A stretch of 64,000 nt of DNA. It comes from a virus. Under the pieces are notes generated by a model. The model made no database searches. It worked only from the letters and a program-made list of their open reading frames with translations, and was not told the DNA's origin. The DNA is taken from the IMG/VR virus record IMGVR_UViG_3300044629_000431, positions 82,478 through 146,477 of that record. One strand, given 5' to 3'. Below, piece by piece: positions 43,399-54,725 of this stretch; position 1 is the first letter of the stretch, and each line of letters begins with the position of its first letter. Made by a program: the position numbers and the translations under genes.

Positions 43399-45540
43399 TT
43401 ATGATGGGTAAGCGATGATAACGATACCAGAACCACCGGAACCAGAAAGATATCCACCATTCCAAACTCCTCCTCCGCCGCCGCCAGTTCCCATTGTTCC
43501 AGAAGTAGCATTAGTATTAGTACCAGCTCCTGGAGCGCCTCCACCCAATCCACCACCAGCAGCTCCTGGACCAGTGCCACCGCCGCCGCCACCTGCATAA
43601 TAAGTAGCAGTTCCAGAAATCGTTGATATTAAACCATTTCCACCAAGACCAACTGGACCAGCAGTACCTGCGGCACCTGCTCCTCCTCCTCCTCCACCGC
43701 CACTAGCACCGGCGCCGCCAGCACCATTATTACCTTGTGGTGGTGATACTGGTGGGGTATTTCCAGAACCTCCAGTAGTTCCTGGACGACTTGATCCTCC
43801 ACCACCAGAACCACCAGGTCTTCCATTATAGTTTGGGGTTGATGGATTATTGTAATCTCCCCCCCCTCCACCACCAGTGGAAGTTATTGTGGAAAATATT
43901 GAAGGAGATCCATCATTACTTAAAGATGGTCCAGTTATTCTAGCACCACCACCGCCAACAGTAACTGACATACTTCCAGAAACAGATAATCCACTACCAG
44001 TTCTAAAACCACCAGCGCCTCCACCCCCCTCATAACCACCGGCGCCACCACCAGCGACCACAAGGTAGTCAACGGACGTTAACGCTGGGTTAGTGACCGT
44101 AAAGGTTCCTGATGAATAAAAGGTATGAACGGTCGTGGTTGGAGTATAAGAAATGGCACCACCAGTTGCTTTAGCGGTTCCTCCGACCTGTCCGATCTCA
44201 TAACGGACGACTACGATACCAGAACCACCAGCACCTCCCTCAGCTCCACCACTATGAGTATCTCCTCCCCCTCCACCGCCGCCTCTAGAAACAGTTCCAT
44301 TTGTATTTGTTGTTCTATTTCCAACTGGAGAAGAAGCTATTACCCCATCTCCGGCACCAAAAACAGCAGGTCCAGTTGGTCCACCACCATAACCACCATT
44401 TACGGTAAACCCATATCCACCAGCACCGCCACCTCCAGCATATCCAGTAGACGTTCCAGTAATACTATAGTTTAGTCCAGCACCACCATTTCTAGCCGAT
44501 GGAGTTGGTGTACTAGGTCCTGTACCACCAGTTCCACCCGCGCCGCCGCCTCCGCCGCCGCCAGTTCCAGGTGTATTACTTGGGTCATAAGTTCCTACTC
44601 CACCGGTATTTCCCCAACCAGATGGTGGAGAAGAACTATTATCTGTTCCAGAAGAAGAACCAGTAGCAGGTCCAGCTGGTGTAATCGCACCATTTCCACC
44701 AGATCCACCACCACTAGATCCCCCCGGACCTCCGGGATTACCATAACCACCACCATAACCGCCACCAGGAGAAGTTATAGTAGATGGAAAAGCAATTGAA
44801 GATGAAGAACCAGCAACACCATTTGGTGATGGTGTAGTTCCACCATTTCCACCAGCACCAACAGTTATGGTATAAGAACCAGTAGAAACTGGTTGCCCCG
44901 TTGCGTATTTTAAAGTTCCAGCACCGCCACCTCCACCATAGTATTGCCCGCCTCCACCACCACCTCCAGCAACGACAAGATAGTCAACGGTTTCGGTAGG
45001 AGACGCAGACTGAACCGTAAAGAAACCTGATGAAGTAAAGATATGAGCCCTATAAACCCTACCACCTTCAATGTACTCATTAACAATACCACCAGTGGCA
45101 CTCATTGCCTCTTTGCCAACATCACGCCAGGCATTACCATTGTATACTTGGACACTTCCAGTATCTGAATTAAAAATTAAAGTTCCTTGTGCTGTTGATA
45201 CACCAGCATTTCTACCAGTCGTTGAAGTTGTTCCAATACCAATAGCACCTCTTCTTATAAAAGTATCACCAATAGTAATACTTGAAGAAGATCCAACTTG
45301 AATACCACTAGAAAACGTGGCAATACCAGAAGCATTGACTGTACCAGTTACGTTTCCAGTTACATTTCCTGTTACGTTACCAGTTAAAGGTCCAGTGAAA
45401 CTTGTCGCACTTACAACACCTACAACACTCAAAGCACTGGTCGGTACTGAACTTCCGATACCAACACGTCCAGAAGAGTCCTGATAGACTCCTCCAGACC
45501 CTGTTCGATGTAACCAAGTGTTGAACCTTATATCAGACAT
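43399..45540 (-). CDS. Gly-rich fibre/adhesin protein (two glycine-rich domains)
   Basis: HIFTSSG..VDYLVVAGGG...GSGIVVVRY and GSGIVIIAYPS. Confidence 0.8.
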   Translation of the reverse strand: MSDIRFNTWLHRTGSGGVYQDSSGRVGIGSSVPTSALSVVGVVSATSFTGPLTGNVTGNVTGNVTGTVNASGIATFSSGIQVGSSSSITIGDTFIRRGAIGIGTTSTTGRNAGVSTAQGTLIFNSDTGSVQVYNGNAWRDVGKEAMSATGGIVNEYIEGGRVYRAHIFTSSGFFTVQSASPTETVDYLVVAGGGGGGGQYYGGGGGAGTLKYATGQPVSTGSYTITVGAGGNGGTTPSPNGVAGSSSSIAFPSTITSPGGGYGGGYGNPGGPGGSSGGGSGGNGAITPAGPATGSSSGTDNSSSPPSGWGNTGGVGTYDPSNTPGTGGGGGGGAGGTGGTGPSTPTPSARNGGAGLNYSITGTSTGYAGGGGAGGYGFTVNGGYGGGPTGPAVFGAGDGVIASSPVGNRTTNTNGTVSRGGGGGGGDTHSGGAEGGAGGSGIVVVRYEIGQVGGTAKATGGAISYTPTTTVHTFYSSGTFTVTNPALTSVDYLVVAGGGAGGYEGGGGAGGFRTGSGLSVSGSMSVTVGGGGARITGPSLSNDGSPSIFSTITSTGGGGGGDYNNPSTPNYNGRPGGSGGGGSSRPGTTGGSGNTPPVSPPQGNNGAGGAGASGGGGGGGAGAAGTAGPVGLGGNGLISTISGTATYYAGGGGGGTGPGAAGGGLGGGAPGAGTNTNATSGTMGTGGGGGGVWNGGYLSGSGGSGIVIIAYPS

Positions 45541-45559
45541 TCGTTTTTATTTGTATTTA

Positions 45560-47707
45560 TTATGATGGGTAAGCGATGATGACGATACCAGAACCACCAG
45601 AACCTGCTTGTTGATTTCCTGTTCCAGTTGGTGCATTATAAGAACCTCCACCGCCTCCACCGCCAAGATTAACAGTTCCATTGGACGCTACCCCAGTCGT
45701 TGGACCACCAGCACCACCTCCACCAGGTCCTCCGGCAGCTCCGCTAGTGGGTGAGAAATTTGCACCATCAGCAGATCCTCCTCCGCCGCCACCACCAGCA
45801 TATGTTATTGAAGAACCACTAATACTAGATGCTAAACCAGATCCACCAATTCCACCAGCAGGTGGATTACTTCCAGAACCACCAGCACCTCCACCTCCAG
45901 ATCCAACGTATGGAGAAGCTGATGGTGATCCGGGTGATGCTCCTGGTGGACAGAATCCACCATTATTGCCTTGCGATGGGACAGTTGTTGCCGTTGGTTG
46001 ATTAGTTCCATCACCTCTATTTCCAGTTCCAGCAGTACTTTGGAAACGAGCAGCGCCTCCACCACCAGATCCACCATTTTTACCTGCGTTATTATCTCCT
46101 GCTCCACCTCCACCACCACCTTGCGATGTTATTGTTGAAAATATAGAAGCACTTCCAGGAGTTCCATCCGAAGCACCATTAGTACCCGTTCCACCAGAAC
46201 CTGCTCCACCACCACCACCAGATCCAACAGTGATTGAATATGAACCAGGAGATACAGAAAAACCACTTCCTGTTCTCATTCCACCAGCGCCTCCGCCGCC
46301 ACCAAAACGAGAACCACCACCACCAGCGCCACCAACTACAAGGTAGTCAACAGAACTTAAAGATGGGTCAGTGACTGTAAAGGTTGCTGATGAAGTAAAT
46401 GTATGAATGGTCTTACCACCGGAATAAGAAACTGTTCCACCGGTTGCTTTGACTGACTGTTGACCGACCTGATAGCGGATGATGACGATACCGGAACCAC
46501 CGGAACCGCCATTTGATACATTTGATCCACCTCCACCACCACCCAAATTAGCAGTTCCGGATACTCCAGTAACAGAAGGAGTATATCTAGCGCCTGCACC
46601 ACCACCTCCAGATCCTCCAGTTCCAGGAGTTCCATTATAAGTTGCTCCACCACCACCACCTGCATAAGTTACTGAAGAACCAGAAATAGCAGAGGCAAGT
46701 CCATCTCCACCAGCGCCGGCAACTGATGCTCCACCAGACCCTCCAGAGGAACTAGATCCTCCACCACCGCCTGCTTGAATATTGGGGTCAGAACTATTAT
46801 GATCTCTTCCAAAACCACCAGGATTTCCTTGTCCAGAAGTTCCAGAACCACCACTACCACCCGGACCAGGAGTTCCGGGAGTGCAACCACCTCCACCACC
46901 CGATCCACCAGGAACACCAGATGTTGGACCTGTACCCCTTCCACCACCACCTCCACCTGTTGAAGTTATTGTTCCAAAAACAGAATCATTACCATTAGCA
47001 CCAACAGTTCCTAAAGCAAATGCACCGCCAGAACCAACAGTAACTGTATAAGAACCGGGAGCAGCACTTACTGTAATTCCAATACCAGTTCTAAAACCGC
47101 CGGCACCGCCGCCACCGCCACTATATCCAGAACCAGACCCTCCACCAGCACCACCACCAGCAACTACAAGATACTCAACAGTATTATTGTAAGAAGGGGC
47201 ACTTAATACATTAAAAGTTGATGATGCTGTAAAAGTGTGAGCAGCCCATAAGACTCCACCACTGTAATAAGTTGTTACAATACCACCCGATGCTTGAATA
47301 AACCTATCAGACGTAGACTGCCAAGAAGAACCATTATAGACTTCTACAAGACCAGTTGAAGAATTATAAACCAGAGTTCCAGTCGCAGTCCCAACACCAG
47401 CATTACGTCCAGTGGTTGTTGTAGCACCTAGACCAACGCTTGTGGGTCTAATAAAAGCACTACCAACAGTCAGACCTGTGGTAAGAGTTAAGTCTGAACC
47501 AGTCGCAGAAGAAGTCAAACTTCTTGCGGTTGATGCGATACCAGTTACAGATCCCGTGATATTTCCCGTTACATTTCCAGTGACGTTACCAGTTACATTT
47601 CCTATTACATTTCCACTAAAAGATGCTGCCGTAACAATACCAGATGTGGTAAAGTCGCCATTAATACCATTAAATGTGAGTCCGACACCAACTCTTAATA
47701 TTGCCAT
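45560..47707 (-). CDS. Gly-rich fibre/adhesin protein (two glycine-rich domains)
   Basis: Same architecture as 43399..45540. Confidence 0.8.
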   Translation of the reverse strand: MAILRVGVGLTFNGINGDFTTSGIVTAASFSGNVIGNVTGNVTGNVTGNITGSVTGIASTARSLTSSATGSDLTLTTGLTVGSAFIRPTSVGLGATTTTGRNAGVGTATGTLVYNSSTGLVEVYNGSSWQSTSDRFIQASGGIVTTYYSGGVLWAAHTFTASSTFNVLSAPSYNNTVEYLVVAGGGAGGGSGSGYSGGGGGAGGFRTGIGITVSAAPGSYTVTVGSGGAFALGTVGANGNDSVFGTITSTGGGGGGRGTGPTSGVPGGSGGGGGCTPGTPGPGGSGGSGTSGQGNPGGFGRDHNSSDPNIQAGGGGGSSSSGGSGGASVAGAGGDGLASAISGSSVTYAGGGGGATYNGTPGTGGSGGGGAGARYTPSVTGVSGTANLGGGGGGSNVSNGGSGGSGIVIIRYQVGQQSVKATGGTVSYSGGKTIHTFTSSATFTVTDPSLSSVDYLVVGGAGGGGSRFGGGGGAGGMRTGSGFSVSPGSYSITVGSGGGGGAGSGGTGTNGASDGTPGSASIFSTITSQGGGGGGAGDNNAGKNGGSGGGGAARFQSTAGTGNRGDGTNQPTATTVPSQGNNGGFCPPGASPGSPSASPYVGSGGGGAGGSGSNPPAGGIGGSGLASSISGSSITYAGGGGGGGSADGANFSPTSGAAGGPGGGGAGGPTTGVASNGTVNLGGGGGGGSYNAPTGTGNQQAGSGGSGIVIIAYPS

Positions 47708-47734
47708 TTATCTAAATAAACTCCTTTTCAATAT

Positions 47735-48502
47735 TTAGACTATTACAAGTGTAGATCCTGTCTCAACAATAATCGTAGAACCTAATGAGACTTCTGCTGG
47801 TCCGATGATCAGACCATTCTTACCAGCAGGAATTGTGACCATTCCATCAACAACTTGATCGGTAAGAACCGCTCCATCAGTAATTGAAATGTTACCAACG
47901 ACTTGTAGTGCTCCTGCAGAACTTGCTGCGCCAGCAATTGTTGTTGTGTTAATACCAATAATCTTTGTGGTGCTTAAACCTACAGAGTTAGAAGCAAAAA
48001 TTGTGTTTGCTGCACCACTTTGAATACTAATATCAACAGTATTTGTAGAAACATTATATGAAAAAGTATTTCCTGTTCCGACAAAATTAAGTGCAGTGAC
48101 TCCAGTACCAATGATAAGACCACCAGACTGAATACCAACACCTCTTGCTGATGGATCAAGTTTTTCAAAAGTTACAGATTGATACTGTAACTTATTCGTT
48201 GAAACAGTTCCTTCACCTGGAACTCCAATACCCAGTGCTTCTCCAAGAGAAATGCAGAAGAAGTCGTCAGTTGATTGTGGAGCTGCCGCAAAGATAATTT
48301 GGTTTTCATCAATTTCATATGCTGATGATGGTTCTTGTATAACACCACCAAGAGATACTAAGATTGAAAATGCTGAACCTGGATAATGTGGATTACCACC
48401 AGAGGTTAAGTTGAATCTTACGGTAGACCCATTAAACTGTGATGAGATATCATCCAGTTTGAGATAATTTCCAGCATTTAGTTGTCTACCAATATATGCC
48501 AT
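47735..48502 (-). CDS. Fibre anchor / structural protein
   Basis: MAYIG...LDDISSQFNG...VSLGGVIQEP; C-terminal TIPAGKNGLIIGP motif. Confidence 0.7.
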   Translation of the reverse strand: MAYIGRQLNAGNYLKLDDISSQFNGSTVRFNLTSGGNPHYPGSAFSILVSLGGVIQEPSSAYEIDENQIIFAAAPQSTDDFFCISLGEALGIGVPGEGTVSTNKLQYQSVTFEKLDPSARGVGIQSGGLIIGTGVTALNFVGTGNTFSYNVSTNTVDISIQSGAANTIFASNSVGLSTTKIIGINTTTIAGAASSAGALQVVGNISITDGAVLTDQVVDGMVTIPAGKNGLIIGPAEVSLGSTIIVETGSTLVIV

Positions 48503-48519
48503 TATGGTTTTTTAGATAT

Positions 48520-48984
48520 TTATGATGGTTCTACTAAAACCCAACCTTTAGTATTATCAGACTGATATAACTCATCATTCCAAACATATCCAATGCCAGC
48601 AACTATTTGATCTCTTGTAACTTCTGGTTTAGGTAAAGGTGGATCCCATCTTCCAGTAGTTGAATTTAAAGTCCAAGAATTACATCCTTCTGGTTGTTTT
48701 TTATGAAAGATATCTAAATTTGAGTTGTAATACCAAGGATCTTCTGGATTATATTGACCTCCTGGAAAATTTGCTCTTAAAGGAGGTTTACCATACATAT
48801 GAACTCCATCAACTGTATTGTAAGAACATTTAACCCAAGTTCCAGCATCACCGTGAACTTTTTTTAATCTTTCTAGAGCAAGTTCTTCTATTTCAATTCC
48901 ATCAGGAGTCATACAGTCCCTATTATCAACGGAGTCAACTCTCAAAACTACATTATCAATTCCAAGTCTTGCGTAGTATGCCAT
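48520..48984 (-). CDS. Fibre-associated small protein (paralog of 51894..52295)
   Basis: MAYYARL...W..CSYN...SWTLN...W.PP.P.P. Confidence 0.7.
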   Translation of the reverse strand: MAYYARLGIDNVVLRVDSVDNRDCMTPDGIEIEELALERLKKVHGDAGTWVKCSYNTVDGVHMYGKPPLRANFPGGQYNPEDPWYYNSNLDIFHKKQPEGCNSWTLNSTTGRWDPPLPKPEVTRDQIVAGIGYVWNDELYQSDNTKGWVLVEPS

Positions 48985-49764
48985 TTACTTCCAAAAGTTT
49001 AAGGTTGAGTAATAACTCAAAAGTTCTTCTGATATGTATTTAGAAACTTCATATTGAGTTTTTTCAATCCTGTTAGTTTTGATGTGATGTAAGTTTATAC
49101 CAACAACCGAATCATCATATTCATTATTATTTGATGAAAATTGTTTTAAATTCGTAAAGTTATGGGGATAAACTTTCATATCTAAAAATTCATACAAACT
49201 ACTTAATATTTCTTGTGGTTTAGATATTAAATTATCATATTCAATTAAATAATATGGGTAACCGGACTTAATAACATTGTAAATTGAACAATAAGATTGA
49301 ACGATTTGTAAATCTTCCCTCATCAAATGTTTGCATTTTGACTCTCTTGTTCCATCAGTCTCTTCATCTAAAAAGTTTGGTTTATTTTCTTCACTCCACT
49401 TAATAAAAGATGCAATTATATCTTGAATATCTCTTACTAGAACTACAAACTTTATTTCATTTGGACAATATTTTTTAAGCAACTTTAAGTTATTTGGACT
49501 TCCCCAAGAAGAGCGGTCTAAAATAATTTCATAATTCCAGTCTTTATAATAATTAGAAATGACATTGTTTAAAACATTATCATATGATAATGAGTCTGGA
49601 AAGTTCAAAAAAGTTCTATGAGTTTTTAGATTATTCAAGTTCCATAAGATATCAGAAACAATACTATTAGCGGTAACTTGAACTTTTGGATTTTGATTTA
49701 AAAGTGATCCAAGTAAGGTATTACCAGAACGAGGTAATCCAGTCAAATAATAAATTTTTTTCAT
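48985..49764 (-). CDS. PAPS-dependent sulfotransferase
   Basis: GLPRSGNTLL (5'-PSB loop), VLVRD...IIAS (3'-PB), IEYDNL..P. Confidence 0.85.
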   Translation of the reverse strand: MKKIYYLTGLPRSGNTLLGSLLNQNPKVQVTANSIVSDILWNLNNLKTHRTFLNFPDSLSYDNVLNNVISNYYKDWNYEIILDRSSWGSPNNLKLLKKYCPNEIKFVVLVRDIQDIIASFIKWSEENKPNFLDEETDGTRESKCKHLMREDLQIVQSYCSIYNVIKSGYPYYLIEYDNLISKPQEILSSLYEFLDMKVYPHNFTNLKQFSSNNNEYDDSVVGINLHHIKTNRIEKTQYEVSKYISEELLSYYSTLNFWK

Positions 49765-49769
49765 TCAAA

Positions 49770-51521
49770 TTAACCAGGTGAAGCAATTACTGAATTATCG
49801 CCAGTTGGATAAGCAATTATAATTATACCAGAACCTCCTGCTCCTCCTGTGGTTGTTGAGTTATTGAATGGTCCCCCAGCACCGCTTCCATGAGCACCTG
49901 CTCCCCCACTTCCAGTGTTTGCTACCCCATTAATATTTGGTGAAGACCCAGAAACGCCATTTTGTGCTATTGCACCATTTCCCCCACCACCATTTCCACC
50001 TCTTCCGACTGCAGTTGCTGGATATGGTGGATTAAAATATATAGATGCAGAACCGCCAGCACCATAACGAACAGAAGAACCAGTAATACTTATTGGTTGT
50101 CCATCACCACCATTACCACCACCAGGAATAGTACCAAGATTTCCTACGCCGGCGCCCCCTGCGCCGCCGCCGCCAGCAGGTGCGTAACCACCAGGAATAC
50201 TTGGATATGCCCCTCCATCATTTCCATAATTTGTTCCTGGTTTTCCTGGATTTTGAGATGGTTGTGTTGCTGATCCACCAGGAGAAGGTCCAAGAGATCC
50301 TGCACCACCACCAGAACCGCCAGGTGCTCCAGCGTTTAAAGGTCCTCCAGGAGAAGTATATACACCACCTCCACCACCACCTTTTGAAATTCTATAAAAT
50401 GGTGATGGGGATGCTGGACCAAAAATTGAATCTGTTCCACTACCACCCCTTGCGTTAATAGATCCTCCAGATCCGCCAGGTCCAATATCTGCCGGATGAG
50501 TTCCTGAAGTAATTGTTAATCCGGTAGCATAATGAACTCCGCCGGCGCCACCGCCGGCGCCATATAATGACCCTCCGCCGCCGGCTCCACCAGCAACAAC
50601 AAGAAGTTCTGCATTTGTTAAATCACCGCCAGTAATAGTAAAGTTACCATCGGCAGTAAATGTATGAACTTTAAAACCAGCTCTAGCATCACTGACTGTT
50701 CCACCAGTTACAGTTATTGTATTTCTTATTCCAGTCCAAGATGTTCCATTATAATATTGAATCTGATTATCAGTAGAATTGTAAATGATAGTTCCAGCCG
50801 CAGTCCCAACTCCAGCATTTCTACCAGTCGTTGTTGTTTGACCTAGACCAATTTGATTATTTCTTATAAAACTTTGTCCAACAGTAATACTTGATGCTGA
50901 ACCAACAATTACATTTCCAGTAAGTGTAGAGATACCAGAAATGTTTGCTTGTTGTGCAGTGAAGTTAGTTGCAGTTGTGACTCCAAGAGTTGATATGCCA
51001 GAAATATTTGCTTGTTGTGCCGTAAAGTTAGTCGCAGATGTGACTCCAAGAGTTGTGATGCCAGAAGATTGAAGTCCTTGAGTCTGTAAAATTCCAAAGA
51101 CAGTCGCACCATATCCAGTTGTTTCAAGTTCTTTAGAATTATCAAACCATAATTCCACAGCACCATCCTGATTAAAGACTGCATAAGTCTCAATACCAGT
51201 TGGGTTGGTCATCTTAATCCGATTACCACCTTCAATCAATAGATCACCAGTTCCATTATCACGAATGATACTATCGGTGCTGTTATGCCAAATTAAAAGA
51301 TCTTGACCATCTCCAAAATAAGCAACGTCCCCATCACCCCAGAAAGAAGATGCCTGGAATGTGGAGACGCCTGATGCATTAATGGTAGTGGCATTTACAC
51401 TACCGTAGTTTGTAGCAGTGATCGAAGTCGCAGTAATAACACCGGTGATATTAATACCTGTTAGGGGTGAGGTACTTGAAATACCAGAGGCGGTAATTTG
51501 CGTAAGACGATCAAGTGTCAT
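49770..51521 (-). CDS. Gly-rich fibre protein (single glycine-rich domain)
   Basis: Fibre shaft with an internal 22-aa tandem repeat; HTFT..ELLVVAGG...GSGIIIIAYP. Confidence 0.8.
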   Translation of the reverse strand: MTLDRLTQITASGISSTSPLTGINITGVITATSITATNYGSVNATTINASGVSTFQASSFWGDGDVAYFGDGQDLLIWHNSTDSIIRDNGTGDLLIEGGNRIKMTNPTGIETYAVFNQDGAVELWFDNSKELETTGYGATVFGILQTQGLQSSGITTLGVTSATNFTAQQANISGISTLGVTTATNFTAQQANISGISTLTGNVIVGSASSITVGQSFIRNNQIGLGQTTTTGRNAGVGTAAGTIIYNSTDNQIQYYNGTSWTGIRNTITVTGGTVSDARAGFKVHTFTADGNFTITGGDLTNAELLVVAGGAGGGGSLYGAGGGAGGVHYATGLTITSGTHPADIGPGGSGGSINARGGSGTDSIFGPASPSPFYRISKGGGGGGVYTSPGGPLNAGAPGGSGGGAGSLGPSPGGSATQPSQNPGKPGTNYGNDGGAYPSIPGGYAPAGGGGAGGAGVGNLGTIPGGGNGGDGQPISITGSSVRYGAGGSASIYFNPPYPATAVGRGGNGGGGNGAIAQNGVSGSSPNINGVANTGSGGAGAHGSGAGGPFNNSTTTGGAGGSGIIIIAYPTGDNSVIASPG

Positions 51522-51526
51522 TTATT

Positions 51527-51868
51527 TTACTGCGGTGGTTGTCCTTCTGGTTTTGGATGTCTTGCTTTCACTGATTCTACCATCTGAACCCATTTACCAT
51601 TCTCCAAATTACCAGACTTGATATCATCATAGAGAAGGTTCAGTTGGTCTTTCCAATCTCCATACTCCGTTTCACGATTACGGGCATAGAGATAATAGTT
51701 ATAGGTTTCTACATCCTTTTGGATTTGTGCTTCAACTTCTTCCCACTCAGGTGGTTCAGATCCGTTTGGACATTCCCACCTTGTAAAGGTCCTATTGTAT
51801 AAGTCAAACTTAGCATCAGGACGAAGATATTTAATAGCAGTGTCAACACCAGGCAAACGAATATTCAT
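51527..51868 (-). CDS. Fibre assembly-chaperone-like protein
   Basis: AIKYLRPDA...Y.RNRETEY..WKDQL..LYDD...VK..HPK; related to 56019..56351. Confidence 0.7.
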   Translation of the reverse strand: MNIRLPGVDTAIKYLRPDAKFDLYNRTFTRWECPNGSEPPEWEEVEAQIQKDVETYNYYLYARNRETEYGDWKDQLNLLYDDIKSGNLENGKWVQMVESVKARHPKPEGQPPQ

Positions 51869-51893
51869 CTCAGTAGTCTCCTAATATAAAGTA

Positions 51894-52295
51894 TTATTCT
51901 GGGTCGTGAGTATGGACAGTATAAAGTTCCCACACTCCGTTTTCTTCATCCCAACGATAAGCAGATCCTGCTTGTTCTTCGGTCAGTTCTGGAGCAGGAC
52001 CAACAGGTGATTCCCAGTCAGCAGTTTCGTTGTTCAGAACCCAAGATTCATAAGGCTTTGGTGGAACAAAAGCATCGAGTCCAGCGTTATATGTGTAACC
52101 AATACCAGCGTAACGCTTTCTGATGTTGCTGTTATAAGAGGTCTGAACCCACTTACCACCTAGAAGCTTTTTACAGAAAGCAATACCTAGAATCTCATCC
52201 TCTTCACCAGTGTGAGGATCGGTAATGTCTTTGTTATCTACTACGATAACTTGTGTGACGACGTTGTTCTCGTCGAGTTGAGCAAAGTGTGCCAT
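51894..52295 (-). CDS. Fibre-associated small protein
   Basis: MAHFAQLDENNVV...WVQTSYN..IRKRYAGIGYTY...DAF.PP.PY.SW. Confidence 0.75.
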   Translation of the reverse strand: MAHFAQLDENNVVTQVIVVDNKDITDPHTGEEDEILGIAFCKKLLGGKWVQTSYNSNIRKRYAGIGYTYNAGLDAFVPPKPYESWVLNNETADWESPVGPAPELTEEQAGSAYRWDEENGVWELYTVHTHDPE

Positions 52296-52346
52296 AAGTC
52301 TTTATTCGTGAATATAATAAATGAATGGTATGTTTTTATTTATGCT

Positions 52347-54443
52347 TTATGATGGATAAGCAATGATGACGATACCGGAACCACCGGAACCACCAAGACC
52401 TGGATTTCCTTTACCACCTCCACCATTTCCAGTGTTTGCTGCTGCTGGTACTAAGTTTACTCCTGGACTAAATCCACCATCAGAACTTCCACCAACAGCA
52501 TAAATTAGTGCCTGACCACTATAAGTATTAACTCTTCCGGCTCCTCCTAGTCCAGGATTAACTGGTGCTGTCCCATTACTTCCAGCACCACCTGCACCAC
52601 CACCGCCACCTCCAGAACCACCAGGACTTGCAGTACCACCTGGATTACCAAAACCAAATAAAGTTCCTGCTGTGGTTCCAACTGAATAGTTAAATGGTGC
52701 TTGTGTTCCAGACGCATTTGTTAAATTATTTCCACCGGCACCACCACCACTACCACCAGAAAGCCCAGCACCATTAGCGCCAGAACCACCACCTCCACCA
52801 GTAGCAGTAGCAGTTCCAATATTTGGATTTTGTAAAGATGAATTTGATCCAGAAATTCCATTTCCACTAGGATTTCCCATTGGTCCACCAGAACCAACAG
52901 TAATAACATAGTTACCAGGACTTGTGCTTAAAGGTATTAAACCTTCTAATAAACCACCAGCGCCGCCACCGCCAGCACCGTTACCGGGGAACGATCCTCC
53001 TCCGCCACCACCACCAACAATTAAAACATTGGCAGAAGTCAAAGCAGGGTTGGTGACCGTAAAGGTTCCTGATGAATAGAAGGTATGAACAGTCGTGGTT
53101 GGGGTATAAGAAATCGCACCACCAGTGGCTTTGGCGGTTCCTCCAACCTGTCCGATCTCATAACGGACGACTACGATACCGGAACCACCAGCAGCACCAC
53201 TACCATAAGTTCCAGGTGTGTCTCCTTGTCCTGACCCACCACTACCACCACCGCCACCACCAGTAGCAACAGTGCCATTAATTCCATTTAAAGTTGCTGG
53301 GAATGGTGGAGTTGACTGTACTGTATTAAATCCACCGGCACCTCCGCCCCCAGCGCCCCCAACGCCCCCAGCAGTTCCATTAACACCACCACCACCGCCA
53401 CCGGCGTATGTTGTTGTTATACCAGTAATAGAATACGATAGTCCATTACCACCTGCTCTTCCAACAGTTGATGGGGAAGTAAATGATGTTTGTCCTGGAG
53501 CGCCTGCACCTCCTCCACCCCCAGAACCACCATCATCATATTTTCTTCCTTGACTTCCTGAATTACCCCATCCACTTGATGGTGAAGTACTATCACTAGA
53601 ACCACCAGCAGCTCCAGGGCTTGTTCCGCCAGCAGCACCAGAAGTGTTGGGGTTATTAGCACCACCACCTCCACCAGAACCACCACTAGATCTTCCATTT
53701 ACTCCCGAAACTCCACCGGTGGTATTCCATGTACCACCACCACCGCCGCCTCCAGCAGTTATTCCAAAAACTGATGAATCACTACCATTATTACCAACCG
53801 CACCTTCGTTTGGTGTTGCTGGATTTACATCTTGATTAGCCGCTCCAGCCCCAACAGTAATCGTATAAGAACCTGGAGAAGACGATACTGGATGTCCGGT
53901 TTTGTAATGAAGACCTCCTGCTCCCCCGCCGCCACCATAAACAAGTCCTCCTCCTCCACCGCCACCAACTACAAGGTAGTCAACGGTTTCTGTTGGAGAC
54001 GCCGACTGGACGGTAAAGAAACCAGAAGAGGTAAAGATGTGAGCCCTATAAACCCTACCACCTTCAATATACTCATTCACCAAACCACCAGTAGCGGTCA
54101 TTGCTTCTTTGCCGACATCACGCCAGGCATTGCCATTATAAACCTGAACGGACCCAGTATCTGAGTTAAAGATTAAAGTTCCTTGTGCCGTTGATACTCC
54201 AGCGTTTCTTCCAGTCGTGTTTGTAGTTCCAATACCAACACTTGTTGCTCTTAAAAACGTATTGCCGACATTGATACCACCAGTCGCAGTGATAACTCCA
54301 ACAACAGAGGCACCAGCACCAACTGTAAGTCCACCAGTCGCTGTTACAATACCCGCAACCGAAATACCACCATTCGCAGACAACTGAATGTTTGTCGATG
54401 CGGAGTCTGGATTTTGGACGTTATATGTGCGGAGTATCGACAT
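52347..54443 (-). CDS. Gly-rich fibre/adhesin protein (two glycine-rich domains)
   Basis: Framework nearly identical to 43399..45540. Confidence 0.8.
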   Translation of the reverse strand: MSILRTYNVQNPDSASTNIQLSANGGISVAGIVTATGGLTVGAGASVVGVITATGGINVGNTFLRATSVGIGTTNTTGRNAGVSTAQGTLIFNSDTGSVQVYNGNAWRDVGKEAMTATGGLVNEYIEGGRVYRAHIFTSSGFFTVQSASPTETVDYLVVGGGGGGGLVYGGGGGAGGLHYKTGHPVSSSPGSYTITVGAGAANQDVNPATPNEGAVGNNGSDSSVFGITAGGGGGGGTWNTTGGVSGVNGRSSGGSGGGGGANNPNTSGAAGGTSPGAAGGSSDSTSPSSGWGNSGSQGRKYDDGGSGGGGGAGAPGQTSFTSPSTVGRAGGNGLSYSITGITTTYAGGGGGGVNGTAGGVGGAGGGGAGGFNTVQSTPPFPATLNGINGTVATGGGGGGSGGSGQGDTPGTYGSGAAGGSGIVVVRYEIGQVGGTAKATGGAISYTPTTTVHTFYSSGTFTVTNPALTSANVLIVGGGGGGGSFPGNGAGGGGAGGLLEGLIPLSTSPGNYVITVGSGGPMGNPSGNGISGSNSSLQNPNIGTATATGGGGGSGANGAGLSGGSGGGAGGNNLTNASGTQAPFNYSVGTTAGTLFGFGNPGGTASPGGSGGGGGGAGGAGSNGTAPVNPGLGGAGRVNTYSGQALIYAVGGSSDGGFSPGVNLVPAAANTGNGGGGKGNPGLGGSGGSGIVIIAYPS

Positions 54444-54462
54444 ATTGTTTTTTAAATATTTA

Positions 54463-54693
54463 TTAGAGACCTAGAAGTTCTTTGAGTTCTTCTATTGAAA
54501 GTCCTGCTGCCTCAAGTTTTTGTTGTGGAGTTGGAGGTTCTGGTTCGGGGATAGGGTCTGGTGGAAGAGGGGTGTTGCCTTCTTCTAACCATTTGAGATA
54601 CTGTTGATAGTCTTTGTTTTCTGGGTCTGGTGGAATAAAAGCATTGTCCGAAAGACGCTTAATTGTTTCGTAATTTGTTAATTGATAAGTCAT
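54463..54693 (-). CDS. Small fibre-associated protein
   Basis: FIPPDPENKDYQQYLKWLEEGNTP. Confidence 0.75.
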   Translation of the reverse strand: MTYQLTNYETIKRLSDNAFIPPDPENKDYQQYLKWLEEGNTPLPPDPIPEPEPPTPQQKLEAAGLSIEELKELLGL

Positions 54694-54725
54694 AGTTCTT
54701 ATAATTTTATGTAATTAATTAGAAG

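Noticed and set aside
50930-51065. 66-bp tandem duplication in a fibre gene
   Set aside because: Ordinary in-frame shaft repeat (TLGVT.ATNFTAQQANISGIS), not a regulatory array
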